64,000 nt of DNA from an uncultured Chloroflexia bacterium (lineage in GTDB: Bacteria > Chloroflexota > Limnocylindria > Limnocylindrales > CSP1-4), in contig CAVZWI010000001.1 of the NCBI GenBank assembly GCA_963778955.1, positions 1,074,383-1,138,382 of the forward strand. The letters are read 5' to 3'. Positions 18,941-28,274 of this stretch are shown here, one piece after another. Each line of letters opens with the position of its first letter. The stretch's first letter is position 1. Below the pieces are notes generated by a model. That model searched no databases. It was not told the DNA's origin and saw only the letters and a list, made by a program, of their open reading frames with translations. The position numbers and the translations under genes were made by a program.

Positions 18941-20511
18941 TCCCGCATCGTATGTTCCCGCATCGCACGCTCACCATCATCGTGGCGCTCTGCCTGGCCC
19001 TGGCCGCTACGGTCACGCCCGTCGCGGCGCAGGAGATCGAACGCCGCCCCGTGGAAGACCCGCTCTACGGCGTCGCTTCGGTGGTTCCGGCCGACTGGCA
19101 GGACCTTGGCGGCGGTATCTACTCGCGCGGTACACCACCCGATGACATCGCGCTCATCGCCATCCAGTCGGCCGCTGCCACGGTCGACCAGCTGTGGCCC
19201 AGCTTGCTGCCGCAGTTCGCCCTGACCGAGGTGCCCGAGATCACCGGCGAGTACCACAGCGACCGCTTCGACTGGACGCTCTACCGCTTCGATGTGCAGC
19301 TTGGCGAGATGGTCATCGCTGTCGAGTTGGCCGCGGCACAGGATGGCGGCACGACCCATCTGCTCCTGCTGCAGTCGGACCCGGCCGAGTTCGACGTCTT
19401 GCGCGAGCAGGTCCTCATGCCCGCCATCGACGCCTTCGCTGTGCTGGAACCCGTGCCCACGCCCGACCCATCCACCTTCGACTATCAGATCGAGGAGGTG
19501 AGCTTCCCCGGTGGTGCCGAGGGCGTGGAGCTGGCGGGCACGCTGACGCTGCCCAACGGCCCCGGTCCACACCCGGTCGTCGTCACCATGAGCGGCAGCG
19601 GCGCCCAGGACCGCGACGAGTCGATGCGGCCGATCACGACCTTGAAGCCGTTCGCCATCCTCGCCGATGCCCTCACCTCTGCCGGCGTGGGCGTGCTGCG
19701 CTACGACGACCGCGGCGTGGGTGGCTCCACCGGTGACTACGGATCGGCCACGATCGCCGAGCTGGCCGAGGATGCTCGTGCGGCCATCGACTACCTCGAG
19801 ACCCGCGACGATATCGACCCGGCTCGCATCGGCCTGTTCGGCCACAGTGAGGGCGGCCTGTATTCGGCCATCCTGGGTGCCAGCGACCCACGCGTCGCCT
19901 GGATCGGGATGATGGCGCCGGCGGTCATCGACGGCGTCACCCTCATCGTGGAGCAGAACCAGGCACTGCTGCGCTCTTCCGGCGCCGATGACGCGACGGT
20001 CGAGAAGTACGCCGCCTATACCGCTGAGGCCGCGCCATTGGCGCGCGACGGTGAGTTCGAGGCGCTCGAAGCGGTCATCCGCGACTTCCATGGACGGGCC
20101 TGGGACGAGTTGGCCCCAGAGGACCAGGTCATCGCCGGCGACCGCGAGGCCTTCATCCAGCGCCAGGTGGACGCCGAGCTGCTCGTCTACACCTCCGACT
20201 GGTTCCGTTCCCTCCTGGCTTACGACCCGGCCTCCGACTGGCAGCAGGTGAGCGTGCCGGTGCTGGCGATCTTCGGCGGCAAGGATGCGCAGGTGCTGGC
20301 CGACTCGAACGCGGCCGCGTTGCGAACGGCGCTGGAAGCCGGTGGCAACGAGGATGTCGAGATCATCACCATCGCCGATGCCAATCACCTCTTCCAGAAG
20401 GCGGACACGGGCTCCGTCGGCGAGTACGGCAAGCTGGAGCCCGTCTTCGTCGACGGCTTCATCGATGCCGTCGTGGACTGGACGACGAAGCAGGCAGGCG
20501 TGGCCGGCTAG
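18937..20511 (+). CDS. Secreted alpha/beta hydrolase
   Basis: Signal peptide (TLTIIVALCLALAATVTPVAAQE) and nucleophile elbow GLFGHSEGG. ATGA overlap with the DUF190 gene. Confidence 0.75.
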   Translation: MIPHRMFPHRTLTIIVALCLALAATVTPVAAQEIERRPVEDPLYGVASVVPADWQDLGGGIYSRGTPPDDIALIAIQSAAATVDQLWPSLLPQFALTEVPEITGEYHSDRFDWTLYRFDVQLGEMVIAVELAAAQDGGTTHLLLLQSDPAEFDVLREQVLMPAIDAFAVLEPVPTPDPSTFDYQIEEVSFPGGAEGVELAGTLTLPNGPGPHPVVVTMSGSGAQDRDESMRPITTLKPFAILADALTSAGVGVLRYDDRGVGGSTGDYGSATIAELAEDARAAIDYLETRDDIDPARIGLFGHSEGGLYSAILGASDPRVAWIGMMAPAVIDGVTLIVEQNQALLRSSGADDATVEKYAAYTAEAAPLARDGEFEALEAVIRDFHGRAWDELAPEDQVIAGDREAFIQRQVDAELLVYTSDWFRSLLAYDPASDWQQVSVPVLAIFGGKDAQVLADSNAAALRTALEAGGNEDVEIITIADANHLFQKADTGSVGEYGKLEPVFVDGFIDAVVDWTTKQAGVAG

Positions 20512-20513
20512 GG

Positions 20514-22089
20514 ATGGAGAGAGAACGAGACCAGCCGCGCCAACAGAGTGGCAAAGGTTGGCATCCGGAGCCGGAGCTGCTCGACATCCGCGACGAGGCC
20601 ACCTCCCGGCCGGCGCTGGAGCGGCTGGGGGAGGGGATCTGGGCGGCCGCGCTCGACTACGTCTACGACCACGGCATGGAGCGTGCCATCGGGGAACCGG
20701 CCGACTACGCCCAGCTGCGTGGTGTGTTCTTCGGGCCGTCCGGCGAGCCCGCTCCAGCACCTGAACATCCGACCCCGTCCGAGGCGCTCATCGAGGAGTT
20801 CCGGACTCGCCTGGCCCCACACCAGACGAACGCTTGGCATCCCTTGGCGTTCGCCTACTTCACGCCCATCCCGTCCTGGGCGTCGATCATGGGCGAGGTC
20901 CTGGGCCAGGTCGTGCACCAGGGTGTTGATGTCTGGCACTGCAGCCCCTCGGCCACGCTGGTGGAAGAGGAGGTCGTGCGCTGGCTATGCGACCTCGTCG
21001 GCTACGACGAGCGCGGCTTCGGCCTGTTCACATCGGGCGGCGTCATGGCCAACATCATGGCGCTCAACGTGGTGCGTGACATCGCCTTGCGCCGCGTTCG
21101 TTCGCTTGACCACCCGCCGCGCGGGGCGGACCTCGAGGGTGTCCGCGTTTATGTGTCGGACCAGGCCCACTTCTCCATCAAGCGCAGCCTGGCCACGCTG
21201 GGCTTTCCCGATGAGACGTTGGTGGTGCTCCCCAGCGACGCTTGCTTTCGACTGCGGGCCGAGCCGGTGGCTGCGGCCGTGGCACGCGATCGGGCCGCCG
21301 GCCTGACGCCCCTGGCGATCGTGGCCACGGCGGGCACCACCAACACCGGCTCCGTCGATGTCCTGCCCGAGTTGGCCGACCTGGCCGAAGGCGAGGGGCT
21401 TTGGTTCCACGTGGATGCCGCGTACGGCGGTGCGGCGCGCCTGTCTGAGCGTCTCGCGGTCGAAGTCGAAGGTCTGGCCCGGGCCAATTTCGATCACCAT
21501 CGACCCACACAAGTGGTTCTTCCAGGCCTACGACATCGGTGGTCTGCTGCTGCGCGATGGCTCGTTGCTGGAGGCGACGTTCTCATATCGGCCCGAGTAC
21601 TACCGCGGCTCAGGCGATCCGGGACGTGCGCCCGATGCGCATGGATCGGACGAACTGGACTTCTACCGACTGAGCATGGAGGGCACGCGCCGCCAACGTG
21701 CGCTGAAGCTGTGGCTCTCGTGGAAGCACCTGGGCACGCGCGGTCTGGGCCGACTGATCGAGCAGACGGTGGACCTGGCCGCGGCTCTGGCAGCTCGCAT
21801 CGAGTCGGCCGGTGACCTCGAGTTGCTGGAAGCGCCGGCGTTGTCGGTGGTGTGCTTCCGCCATCTGCCCGATGGGCACGACGGCACCGACCCGGCTGGT
21901 CGCGATGCGGTCGACATCCACCAGGACGCGCTCCAGGTGCGGCTCCAGCACAGCGGCCGAGCGTTCCTCACTACGACTCGCCTGCGGGGCCGGACGTGGT
22001 TGCGCGCCGGCATCCTCAACCACACCACCACCGAGGCCGACCTCGAAACCCTGCTCGAGGCGATCCGGGACCTGGCGGGAGAGGCGTAG
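20514..22089 (+). pseudogene. Group II pyridoxal-dependent (amino acid) decarboxylase; one frameshift
   Basis: FTSGGVMANIMAL, VYVSDQAHFSIKRS and WFHVDAAYGG in frame 1; SITIDPHKWFFQAYDIGGLL (PLP-Lys) in frame 2. Removing one T from AATTTCGATCACC (about 21488-21490) joins them. Confidence 0.85.
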
Positions 22090-22137
22090 CCGATCGACTC
22101 GGCCGGTTCAGCGTCGCCCGACTCAGCGTCGGGCCGT

Positions 22138-22506
22138 TCAGCGTCGGCCGGGACCCTGCAGCTCGCGCAGGCGCTCATCGCTGATGCCGAGATGGTGGGC
22201 GACCTCGTGGTCGAGCGTCTCGCGTACGCCTTCCATCAGTCCGTCGTGGGTCCGGTATGCGCGCATCAGCGGGCCCCGGAACAGGGTGATCTTGCTGGCG
22301 AAGGCCATGCGGTCGGCTCCGTATGCCGTGCGCGGAACGCCCTGGTAGAGCCCGAACAGGCCGCGCGCATGCACGCTCGCCAGTTGCTCGGCGTCAGGTT
22401 CATCCTGGATGACGATGGCCACGCTACCCAGCGCCTCCCGGTACGGCGCGGGCAATGCGTCGATCGCCGCCTCCAGCGCGGCCTCGAAGCGATCAGGCTC
22501 CGGCAT
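22138..22506 (-). CDS. Zinicin-like metallopeptidase family protein (HExxH)
   Basis: 122 aa with C-terminal ETLDHEVAHHLGISD. The start overlaps the fur-family stop by 14 nt. Confidence 0.65.
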   Translation of the reverse strand: MPEPDRFEAALEAAIDALPAPYREALGSVAIVIQDEPDAEQLASVHARGLFGLYQGVPRTAYGADRMAFASKITLFRGPLMRAYRTHDGLMEGVRETLDHEVAHHLGISDERLRELQGPGRR

Positions 22507-22984
22507 CGGCGTCATCCGCGCAGGCGTCCGCCTCATCTCGGCAATCACGGCAGATGCCAACGACGCTGAGGTGGCCCAGGTCGATGTGGAAGCCGCGCTT
22601 TCGGTCGAAGTCGGCCAGCAGGCCCCGCACGTCATCGGCCCCGATCTCCCAGGCGCGATGACACACCGAGCAGTGCATGTGGCCGTGCTCGCGCGCTGGA
22701 CGCACGTGGAACTCCTCGCGTCCGTCGAGTCCATGGGCGTGACGGACCAGGCCGATGTCCTCCAGCACATCCAGGGTGCGATACACGGTGGAGGGCGTGG
22801 TCTCGGCGTCCTGTTCGCGGCAGCGCTCGACCAGCTCCGCGCCCGTGATGTGGCCGTCCGTATCGGCCAGCACATCCACCAGCAGCCTTCGCTGGGGGGT
22901 CCAGCGAAGCCCACGCTCGTGGAGGCGCTGGCGGACCTGGTCCCAGGTGACACCGGGAGTCGTGGAGCGCTGCGTCGTCGCCAT
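22493..22984 (-). CDS. Fur family metal-responsive transcriptional regulator
   Basis: Winged helix (RWTPQRRLLVDVLADTDGHITGAELVE…STVYRTLDVLEDIGLV) and metal sites (HAHG, HMHCSVC, CRDC). ATG 22984 was chosen within the longer listed ORF. Confidence 0.85.
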   Translation of the reverse strand: MATTQRSTTPGVTWDQVRQRLHERGLRWTPQRRLLVDVLADTDGHITGAELVERCREQDAETTPSTVYRTLDVLEDIGLVRHAHGLDGREEFHVRPAREHGHMHCSVCHRAWEIGADDVRGLLADFDRKRGFHIDLGHLSVVGICRDCRDEADACADDADAGA

Positions 22985-23046
22985 CTCCGAAAGGATAGTC
23001 CCGATGGTCGTGGTGTCTCGATCACACCGTACGAGTATCGCTGCGA

Positions 23047-23280
23047 CCCACCCCACGGGCGAAGCGACGGAGCAGTGCATCGCCGCGGCCTCCGGAGCCG
23101 TCGGTTCACCGCCCCATGGGTCAAACGACGGAGCCACGGGCGCAGCGCTGTCTGATGACCCGCCCCACGGGTGAACCAGCAGAGCTACCGGCGCAGCTCC
23201 GTCGGTTCACCCGCCCCATGGGTCAAACGACGTAGCCACGGGCGCACTTCCGTCCGATGACCCGCCCCACGGGTCGGATC
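23047..23280. repeat. Intergenic array of five CCCGCCCCAYGGGT hairpin motifs organised as an approximately 102-bp unit x about 2.3
   Basis: gtcggttcac(c)cgccccatgggtcaaacgacg(g/t)agccacgggcgca occurs at 23100 and 23201. gatgacccgccccacgggt occurs at 23153 and 23255. A degenerate copy lies at 23047. Confidence 0.8.
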
Positions 23281-23328
23281 GAGTGCCGGGGCGGGCTGCC
23301 GCTGGTCTTTCTGTGTTATCACAACGGC

Positions 23329-23357
23329 TTGCAATAGCGAAGGGTAGCGAATATCAT
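23329..23357 (+). promoter_or_regulatory. Candidate sigma-70-type promoter for the cbiM operon with a 7-nt direct repeat in the spacer
   Basis: TTGCAA-N17-TATCAT in an AT-enriched patch about 60 nt upstream of cbiM. The spacer reads TAGCGAA-ggg-TAGCGAA. Confidence 0.4.
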
Positions 23358-23419
23358 CAGGGACGATGTCACTCGCGCTGATTCTGCCGCCCACGCTCGA
23401 TCCATCGGTGGTCTTCGAC

Positions 23420-24097
23420 ATGCATGCGCCAGATGGCTTCCTGTCGGTGCCGGTGGCGTTGCTCCTGTGGGCCGTGGCCATCGTCGCGGTGGCGGTCTCG
23501 GTCGATCGCGCCGGTCGCTCGCTCGACGAACGAGCCGTGCCCTTGATGGGTGTCACCGCGGCGTTCATCTTCGCTGCCCAGATGATCAACTTCCCCGTAG
23601 TCGGCGGCACCAGCGGACACATGCTGGGCGCGGTCCTGGCGGCCGTACTGCTGGGCCCCTGGGCGGGCACGCTGGTGATGGCCAGTGTCATCGCGGTGCA
23701 GGCGTTGCTCTTCGGGGATGGCGGCCTGCTGGCGATGGGCGCCAACATCGTGAACATGGGCATCATCGGCACCATGGGCGGCTATGCCATCTATCGGTCG
23801 CTCTGCCCGCTCTTTGGGGGAGAGGAGCGTGGGCGCCTGCCGGCGGCGGCCATCGCTGCCTGGTCGGCGGTGATGCTGGGAGCGGCTGCCACATCGGTGG
23901 AGCTGGCGGTCAGTGGCGCGAGTCCGCTGACGGTGGTGCTGCCGGCGATGCTGGGCACGCACGCCCTCATCGGCATCGGTGAGGCACTCATCACCGTCGG
24001 AGCCCTGGCGCTCATCGCCAGCGTGCGGCCGGATCTGCTGCGCTTGCGCGATGCGGGCCATGGCTCGCGTGCCACCCTTGAGGCGAGCCGACCATGA
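23420..24097 (+). CDS. cbiM: ECF transporter substrate-capture component CbiM/NikM (cobalt/nickel)
   Basis: MHAPDGFLS… N-terminus (Met-His metal-binding end typical of CbiM), FIFAAQMINFPV, GTSGHMLG. The listed ORF starts 18 codons earlier (23366). Confidence 0.85.
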   Translation: MHAPDGFLSVPVALLLWAVAIVAVAVSVDRAGRSLDERAVPLMGVTAAFIFAAQMINFPVVGGTSGHMLGAVLAAVLLGPWAGTLVMASVIAVQALLFGDGGLLAMGANIVNMGIIGTMGGYAIYRSLCPLFGGEERGRLPAAAIAAWSAVMLGAAATSVELAVSGASPLTVVLPAMLGTHALIGIGEALITVGALALIASVRPDLLRLRDAGHGSRATLEASRP

Positions 24098-24119
24098 AGC
24101 CGACCATGGTCAGCCGTTC

Positions 24120-24416
24120 ATGATGCGCCGCTATTGGTGGGTCGCCGGCCTGCTCATCGCGGCAGCGGTCGTCATCATCCTCGCGCCGCTTGCCTCGTCC
24201 GACCCCGATGGCCTGGAGCGTGTGGCCATCGACAAGGGTTTCATCGAGCAGGGACAGGGTCCGGCGTACGAGTTGCTGCCTGACTACAGCGTGCCCTTCC
24301 TCGGTGATGGCACGCTCTCGCTGATCGTGGCCGGACTGGTCGGTGTGATGCTGCTCTTCGGCGTCATGTGGCTGCTTGGCCGCGTCCTCTCGCGCCGCGC
24401 TCACCCGACAGACTGA
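24120..24416 (+). CDS. PDGLE domain membrane protein (CbiN-like accessory component)
   Basis: 98 aa with two TM segments flanking a literal SSDPDGLERVA motif. Confidence 0.75.
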   Translation: MMRRYWWVAGLLIAAAVVIILAPLASSDPDGLERVAIDKGFIEQGQGPAYELLPDYSVPFLGDGTLSLIVAGLVGVMLLFGVMWLLGRVLSRRAHPTD

Positions 24417-24434
24417 CCACCTCCGCAGCAGCCC

Positions 24435-25229
24435 GTGGAGCTCGACCGCTTCATCCCTCGCCGGAGCCCTGTGCATCGAGCCGACGCGCGGCTGAAGACC
24501 GTGCTGATCATGGCCGCCGTGATCGGCATCGCGCTGCTGCCGGTCGGCGCCTTCAGGGCCTATGGACTGGTGTGGCTGGCGCTGCTGGCGGCATCGACGA
24601 TCGCCCGCCTGGGCCCGCTGCGCCTGGTACGTGGCTCGTGGGTGGTGCTGCCGTTCGCCCTGGTGGCCCTGCCACTGCTGTTCACTCGACCCGGTGAGGT
24701 GCTGCTGACGCTCGACTTCGGCCCGTTGAGCCTGAGAGTGACCGACGCCGGCTTGCGTGACGCTCTCTCGATCGTGGCCAAGTCGTGGCTGAGCGTGCAG
24801 GCCGCGCTGCTACTCGCCTACACGACGGCCTTTGCCGACCTCATCGACGCACTCGGTGCGCTGCGGGTGCCGGCCATCATCGTCGGCATCATCAGCTTCA
24901 TGTATCGCTACCTGTCGGTCCTGACCGACGAAGCGGGCCGCATGTCGCGCGCGCGGCAGTCCCGCTCGGCTGCCGCTCCGAGCGGCCGCAGCGGCGGTTC
25001 GATCGCCTGGCGGGCAAGGGTCACCGGGGCCATGGTGGGCTCGCTCTTCATCCGCTCCTACGAGCGCTCCGAACGCATCTATGCGGCCATGCTGGCGCGC
25101 GGCTTCAGCGGCACCTTCCACGCGACTGCCGCACCTCGACCCGATGGTCGGAGCCTGATCTGGTTCGGGCTCGCGCTGGTCGCGATGGCGGCCTTCGTCG
25201 TCGCCGTCAACCTCCGGGCCGTCGGATGA
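24435..25229 (+). CDS. cbiQ: ECF transporter transmembrane (T) component CbiQ
   Basis: Family-typical start …PVHRADARLKTVL and the signature region ARQSRS…GSLFIRSYERSERIYAAMLARGF. Confidence 0.85.
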   Translation: MELDRFIPRRSPVHRADARLKTVLIMAAVIGIALLPVGAFRAYGLVWLALLAASTIARLGPLRLVRGSWVVLPFALVALPLLFTRPGEVLLTLDFGPLSLRVTDAGLRDALSIVAKSWLSVQAALLLAYTTAFADLIDALGALRVPAIIVGIISFMYRYLSVLTDEAGRMSRARQSRSAAAPSGRSGGSIAWRARVTGAMVGSLFIRSYERSERIYAAMLARGFSGTFHATAAPRPDGRSLIWFGLALVAMAAFVVAVNLRAVG

Positions 25230-26014
25230 CCGCGACCGAGAACCCTGTCGGGCGTATCGCCATCGAGCACCTCCACTTCAGCTACCCCGACGGCACCGAG
25301 GCCCTGCGCGGTATCGAGCTGACCGTCGGAGCGGGCGAGAAGGTGGCGCTGGTGGGACCCAACGGGGCGGGCAAGTCCACGTTGCTGCTGCACCTCAACG
25401 GCATCCTCGGTGGTGGGCATGGCAACGTCAGCATCGACGGCACTCGCGTGGAGCCCGCGAGCGTGCGGCGCATCCGCGCGCAGGTGGGCCTGGTCTTCCA
25501 GGATCCCGACGACCAGCTGTTCAGTCCCACGGTATGGGAGGACGTCGCCTTCGGCCCCATCCACATGGGCGTCCCGGAGGGTGAGATCCACCATCGCGTG
25601 GAGCGGGCGCTGGCGGCGGTGGGCATGAGTGGCTTCGAGCGGCGCGTGCCGCACCATCTCTCGCTGGGCCAACGCAAGCGCGTCTCCGTGGCCACGGTGC
25701 TCTCGATGGACCCCAGCGTGCTGGTGTTCGATGAGCCCACCGCCGGACTTGACCCCCGTGGCCGGCGCGAGCTGATGAGCGTGATGGCGTCCCGTTCGGA
25801 GACGCTGCTGGTGAGCACGCATGACCTGGCCATGGTGGCCGAGACGCTACCGCGGACGATCGTCCTCGACGAAGGTGTCGTGGTCGCCGATGGTCCGTCC
25901 GACGAGCTGCTCCGGGATGAGGGGCTCCTGGAGGCACACGGGCTGGAGTCGCCCTGGCGGACGCCATCGAGACCGCACGCCCCGGACGTCAGGGTCGTGG
26001 GCCGCTCAGCTTGA
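25226..26014 (+). CDS. cbiO: ECF transporter ATP-binding component CbiO
   Basis: Walker A GPNGAGKST, signature LSLGQRKR, Walker B LVFDEPTAGLD. ATGA overlap with cbiQ. Confidence 0.9.
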   Translation: MTATENPVGRIAIEHLHFSYPDGTEALRGIELTVGAGEKVALVGPNGAGKSTLLLHLNGILGGGHGNVSIDGTRVEPASVRRIRAQVGLVFQDPDDQLFSPTVWEDVAFGPIHMGVPEGEIHHRVERALAAVGMSGFERRVPHHLSLGQRKRVSVATVLSMDPSVLVFDEPTAGLDPRGRRELMSVMASRSETLLVSTHDLAMVAETLPRTIVLDEGVVVADGPSDELLRDEGLLEAHGLESPWRTPSRPHAPDVRVVGRSA

Positions 26015-27194
26015 CGCGGTAGACCCTGCCTGCCAAAAGGTCGGTCGCGAAGAGCCGTCCAGCGGCATCTTCCCCGAACGACGCGATGCGGCGGTCGGTG
26101 ACCCGCGATGCCTTGACCCGGCCCTTCTGGTCGAGGACGAACAGCCGTCCGCAGAAGTCGCCGGCCACGTAGAGCCCACGCCAGGCCGGCGCGTCGGGCC
26201 CGCGATGGACATAGCCGCCGGTGACCGAGCAGCGGCCGTTGCCATGGAGATAGTCGTTGATCGGTGGCACACCGAAGGTGCAGCGCCGGCTGGTGCCCGG
26301 ATAGCGACGCGTGCCCTCGCAGCGGCTCCAGCCGAAGTTCCTGCCCTTGCCGGCCGCCCGGCCACGTACGTTGGCGCGTGCGCGATCCACCTCTTCCCGC
26401 TGGCTCTGGCCCACATCACCGATCCAGAGGTTTCCGGTCTTGCGATCGAACGAGAAGCGCCAGGGGTTGCGCAGGCCCCAGGCCCAGATATCGTCGATGC
26501 CGGACTTGCCGACGCGCGGGTTGGAGCTCGGGGTGCGGTAGCGTCGTGGCCCGGCGCCATCGGGATCGCGCGGATCGATGCGCAGCAGCTTGCCCAAACG
26601 CGTGTTGAGCTTCTGGCCGTTGCCACTGGGGTCACCGGCACCGCCGCCGTCACCGGTCCCGATGTAGAGCATGCGGTCCGGGCCGAAGGCCAGGTGCCCG
26701 CCGTTGTGGTTGGCCTGCGGCTGGTCGATCACCAGCAGCGTGCGAGCCGAGCCCGGATCGCCCGAGCCTGCGCTCTGGCGGCGGTACTCGGCGACCACCG
26801 TGTCGCCGTTCCTCGCACCACTGGCGGCACGGGTGTAGTCGACGTAGAAGACACCGTTGGACTGGTAGTCGGGGTGGAAGGCGAGACCCAGCAAACCGCG
26901 CTCGCCACCTGCGGTGGCAGGATCGTTGACCTTGTTGCTGAGGTCCAGGAAGGTTCCCAGCTTCTTCCAGCTGCCGCCCTCGAACGTGGCACGCTTGATC
27001 TTGCCGGTCTGTTCCACGATGAAGATGACGCGGCCGTCGCCGGGGGCATGGGTGACCAGCACCGGTCGCGCGTAGCCACCGAGCACCTGCTTGAGTGACA
27101 CCTTGCTGCGGGCCGCGGCGACTGGTGAGGCCAGCATGCCCCCGGCGAGCGAAACCATGAGCAATATCGCGAAGACTCGAAACGACTGGCGCAT
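25989..27194 (-). CDS. Secreted PQQ-dependent sugar (glucose/sorbosone) dehydrogenase family protein
   Basis: Signal peptide MRQSFRVFAILLMVSLAGGMLASPVAA preceded by AAGGAG. GLLGLAFHPDY, NHNGGHLAFGPDRMLYIGTGDGGGAGDP, WAWGLRNPWRFSFD…LWIGDVGQ. The 3' end overlaps cbiO convergently by 26 nt. Confidence 0.85.
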   Translation of the reverse strand: MRQSFRVFAILLMVSLAGGMLASPVAAARSKVSLKQVLGGYARPVLVTHAPGDGRVIFIVEQTGKIKRATFEGGSWKKLGTFLDLSNKVNDPATAGGERGLLGLAFHPDYQSNGVFYVDYTRAASGARNGDTVVAEYRRQSAGSGDPGSARTLLVIDQPQANHNGGHLAFGPDRMLYIGTGDGGGAGDPSGNGQKLNTRLGKLLRIDPRDPDGAGPRRYRTPSSNPRVGKSGIDDIWAWGLRNPWRFSFDRKTGNLWIGDVGQSQREEVDRARANVRGRAAGKGRNFGWSRCEGTRRYPGTSRRCTFGVPPINDYLHGNGRCSVTGGYVHRGPDAPAWRGLYVAGDFCGRLFVLDQKGRVKASRVTDRRIASFGEDAAGRLFATDLLAGRVYRVKLSGPRP

Positions 27195-27226
27195 TTCCAC
27201 TCCTTGACCTGTGGTGGTGCTGGGGG

Positions 27227-27817
27227 CTAGTGGACGAGGTCCTCGAAGTCGCGGTGGCAGAAGTGGCCAGTGCGCTGCAGGACCCGGCCACAGAATGGGC
27301 ACACCGGCTGGCCGCCGGCCACGACACTGTTGGCGCGGCGCGCGAACTGCTGGGCCATGAACGGGGTCAGCCGCACGCGCAGGACGTCAGGCCCGATGGG
27401 TGCGTCGTCGGGGATGTCGTCCTCGTCGGGTTCGTCACCTTCCCGCAATGCCGACTCGCCGGCGCCCGCGTCGAAGGTCATCGATCGAGCCTCGACGATG
27501 AGCCGGTCGATATCGTCATCCCAGGCGATGACCAGCGTGCCCACCCGGAACTCCTCCAGCAAGGGCTGTTGCAACGGTCGCTCGTCTGGGATGCCGGCAG
27601 GTCCGGCGTCGATGGCTGCCAGGCCGCGCCGCTCGATCTCATCGACGATGGCGAGGACGCGGTCCGCGAGGATCGACACCTGCTCCCTTTCAAGCATCAC
27701 CGATACCACCCGTCGCCCCTGCACCGCTTGCAGAAAGAACGTGCGATCGCCCGGTTCGCCGACGGTCCCGGTGGCGAAGCGGTCGGGCAGATCGAAGTCC
27801 ATGATGTGGCGCGCCAT
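27227..27817 (-). CDS. DUF3090 family protein
   Basis: MARHIMDFDLPDRFATGTVGEPGDRTFFLQA… and C-terminal CPFCGRVLQRTGHFCHR, as conserved in actinobacterial DUF3090 proteins. Confidence 0.7.
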   Translation of the reverse strand: MARHIMDFDLPDRFATGTVGEPGDRTFFLQAVQGRRVVSVMLEREQVSILADRVLAIVDEIERRGLAAIDAGPAGIPDERPLQQPLLEEFRVGTLVIAWDDDIDRLIVEARSMTFDAGAGESALREGDEPDEDDIPDDAPIGPDVLRVRLTPFMAQQFARRANSVVAGGQPVCPFCGRVLQRTGHFCHRDFEDLVH

Positions 27818-27849
27818 GACCCCTAATCTAGCCCACCAGCCCGGGTCGG

Positions 27850-28254
27850 TCAGCGCCCGATCTCGGGCTCGATGATGGCCTCTGCCTCCATCTCCACCTT
27901 CCAACGCGGATCGAGGAGGCCGGCCACGACGACCATCGTGGAGGCCGGTCTGACGGCACCGAACGCTCGGCCGTGCGCGCGCCCCACGGCTTCCCAGTCG
28001 GCGGTATCGACCAGGTAGATGCGGGTGCGCGCCACGTCCGCGGCCGAGGCCCCGGCCTGTGCCAGCGCGTCGAGCATGATCTCGATGCAGCGGTCGGCCT
28101 GCCGTTCCACGTCAGCATCAACCTGGCCGTCGGGCCAGACGGGGGCGGTCCCGGCCACGAGCACCTGGTCACCGACGCGCACGGCACGGCTGAAGCCGAT
28201 GGGCTCCTCGTAGGGCGAGTCCGAGCTGATGAGCCGGCGATCGTGAGCACCCAT
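27850..28254 (-). CDS. RidA/YjgF family protein
   Basis: 134 aa: PIGFSRAVRVGDQVLVAGTAP…TRIYLVD…STMVVVAGLLDPRWKVEMEAEAI. Confidence 0.85.
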   Translation of the reverse strand: MGAHDRRLISSDSPYEEPIGFSRAVRVGDQVLVAGTAPVWPDGQVDADVERQADRCIEIMLDALAQAGASAADVARTRIYLVDTADWEAVGRAHGRAFGAVRPASTMVVVAGLLDPRWKVEMEAEAIIEPEIGR

Positions 28255-28274
28255 GCCTTCCCTCCTCGGTTCTT

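Noticed and set aside
18889-20760. Very long antisense ORFs. Examples: 18889-20760 minus, 734-1588 minus, 30938-32656 minus, 25821-27098 plus, 37126-38151 plus, 49216-50217 minus, 62001-63014 plus, 7919-9025 plus.
   Set aside because: These are typical high-GC shadow ORFs opposite well-supported genes. Their translations are Arg/Gly/Pro-rich low-complexity sequence with no family motifs.
23280-23420. An expected cobalamin or NiCo riboswitch upstream of cbiM.
   Set aside because: I found no B12-box-like or NiCo core sequence by eye. Only a promoter-like element and short repeats are present. A covariance-model scan is needed to be certain.
25989-26014. Convergent gene-end overlaps as antisense regulatory features: cbiO/dehydrogenase at 25989-26014, rpiB/CRTAC1 at 37024-37051, and the CTAG shared by URO-D-2 and transaldolase at 55896-55899.
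   Set aside because: Short 3' overlaps are common in compact high-GC genomes. Two of the three involve frameshifted genes whose true stops are uncertain.
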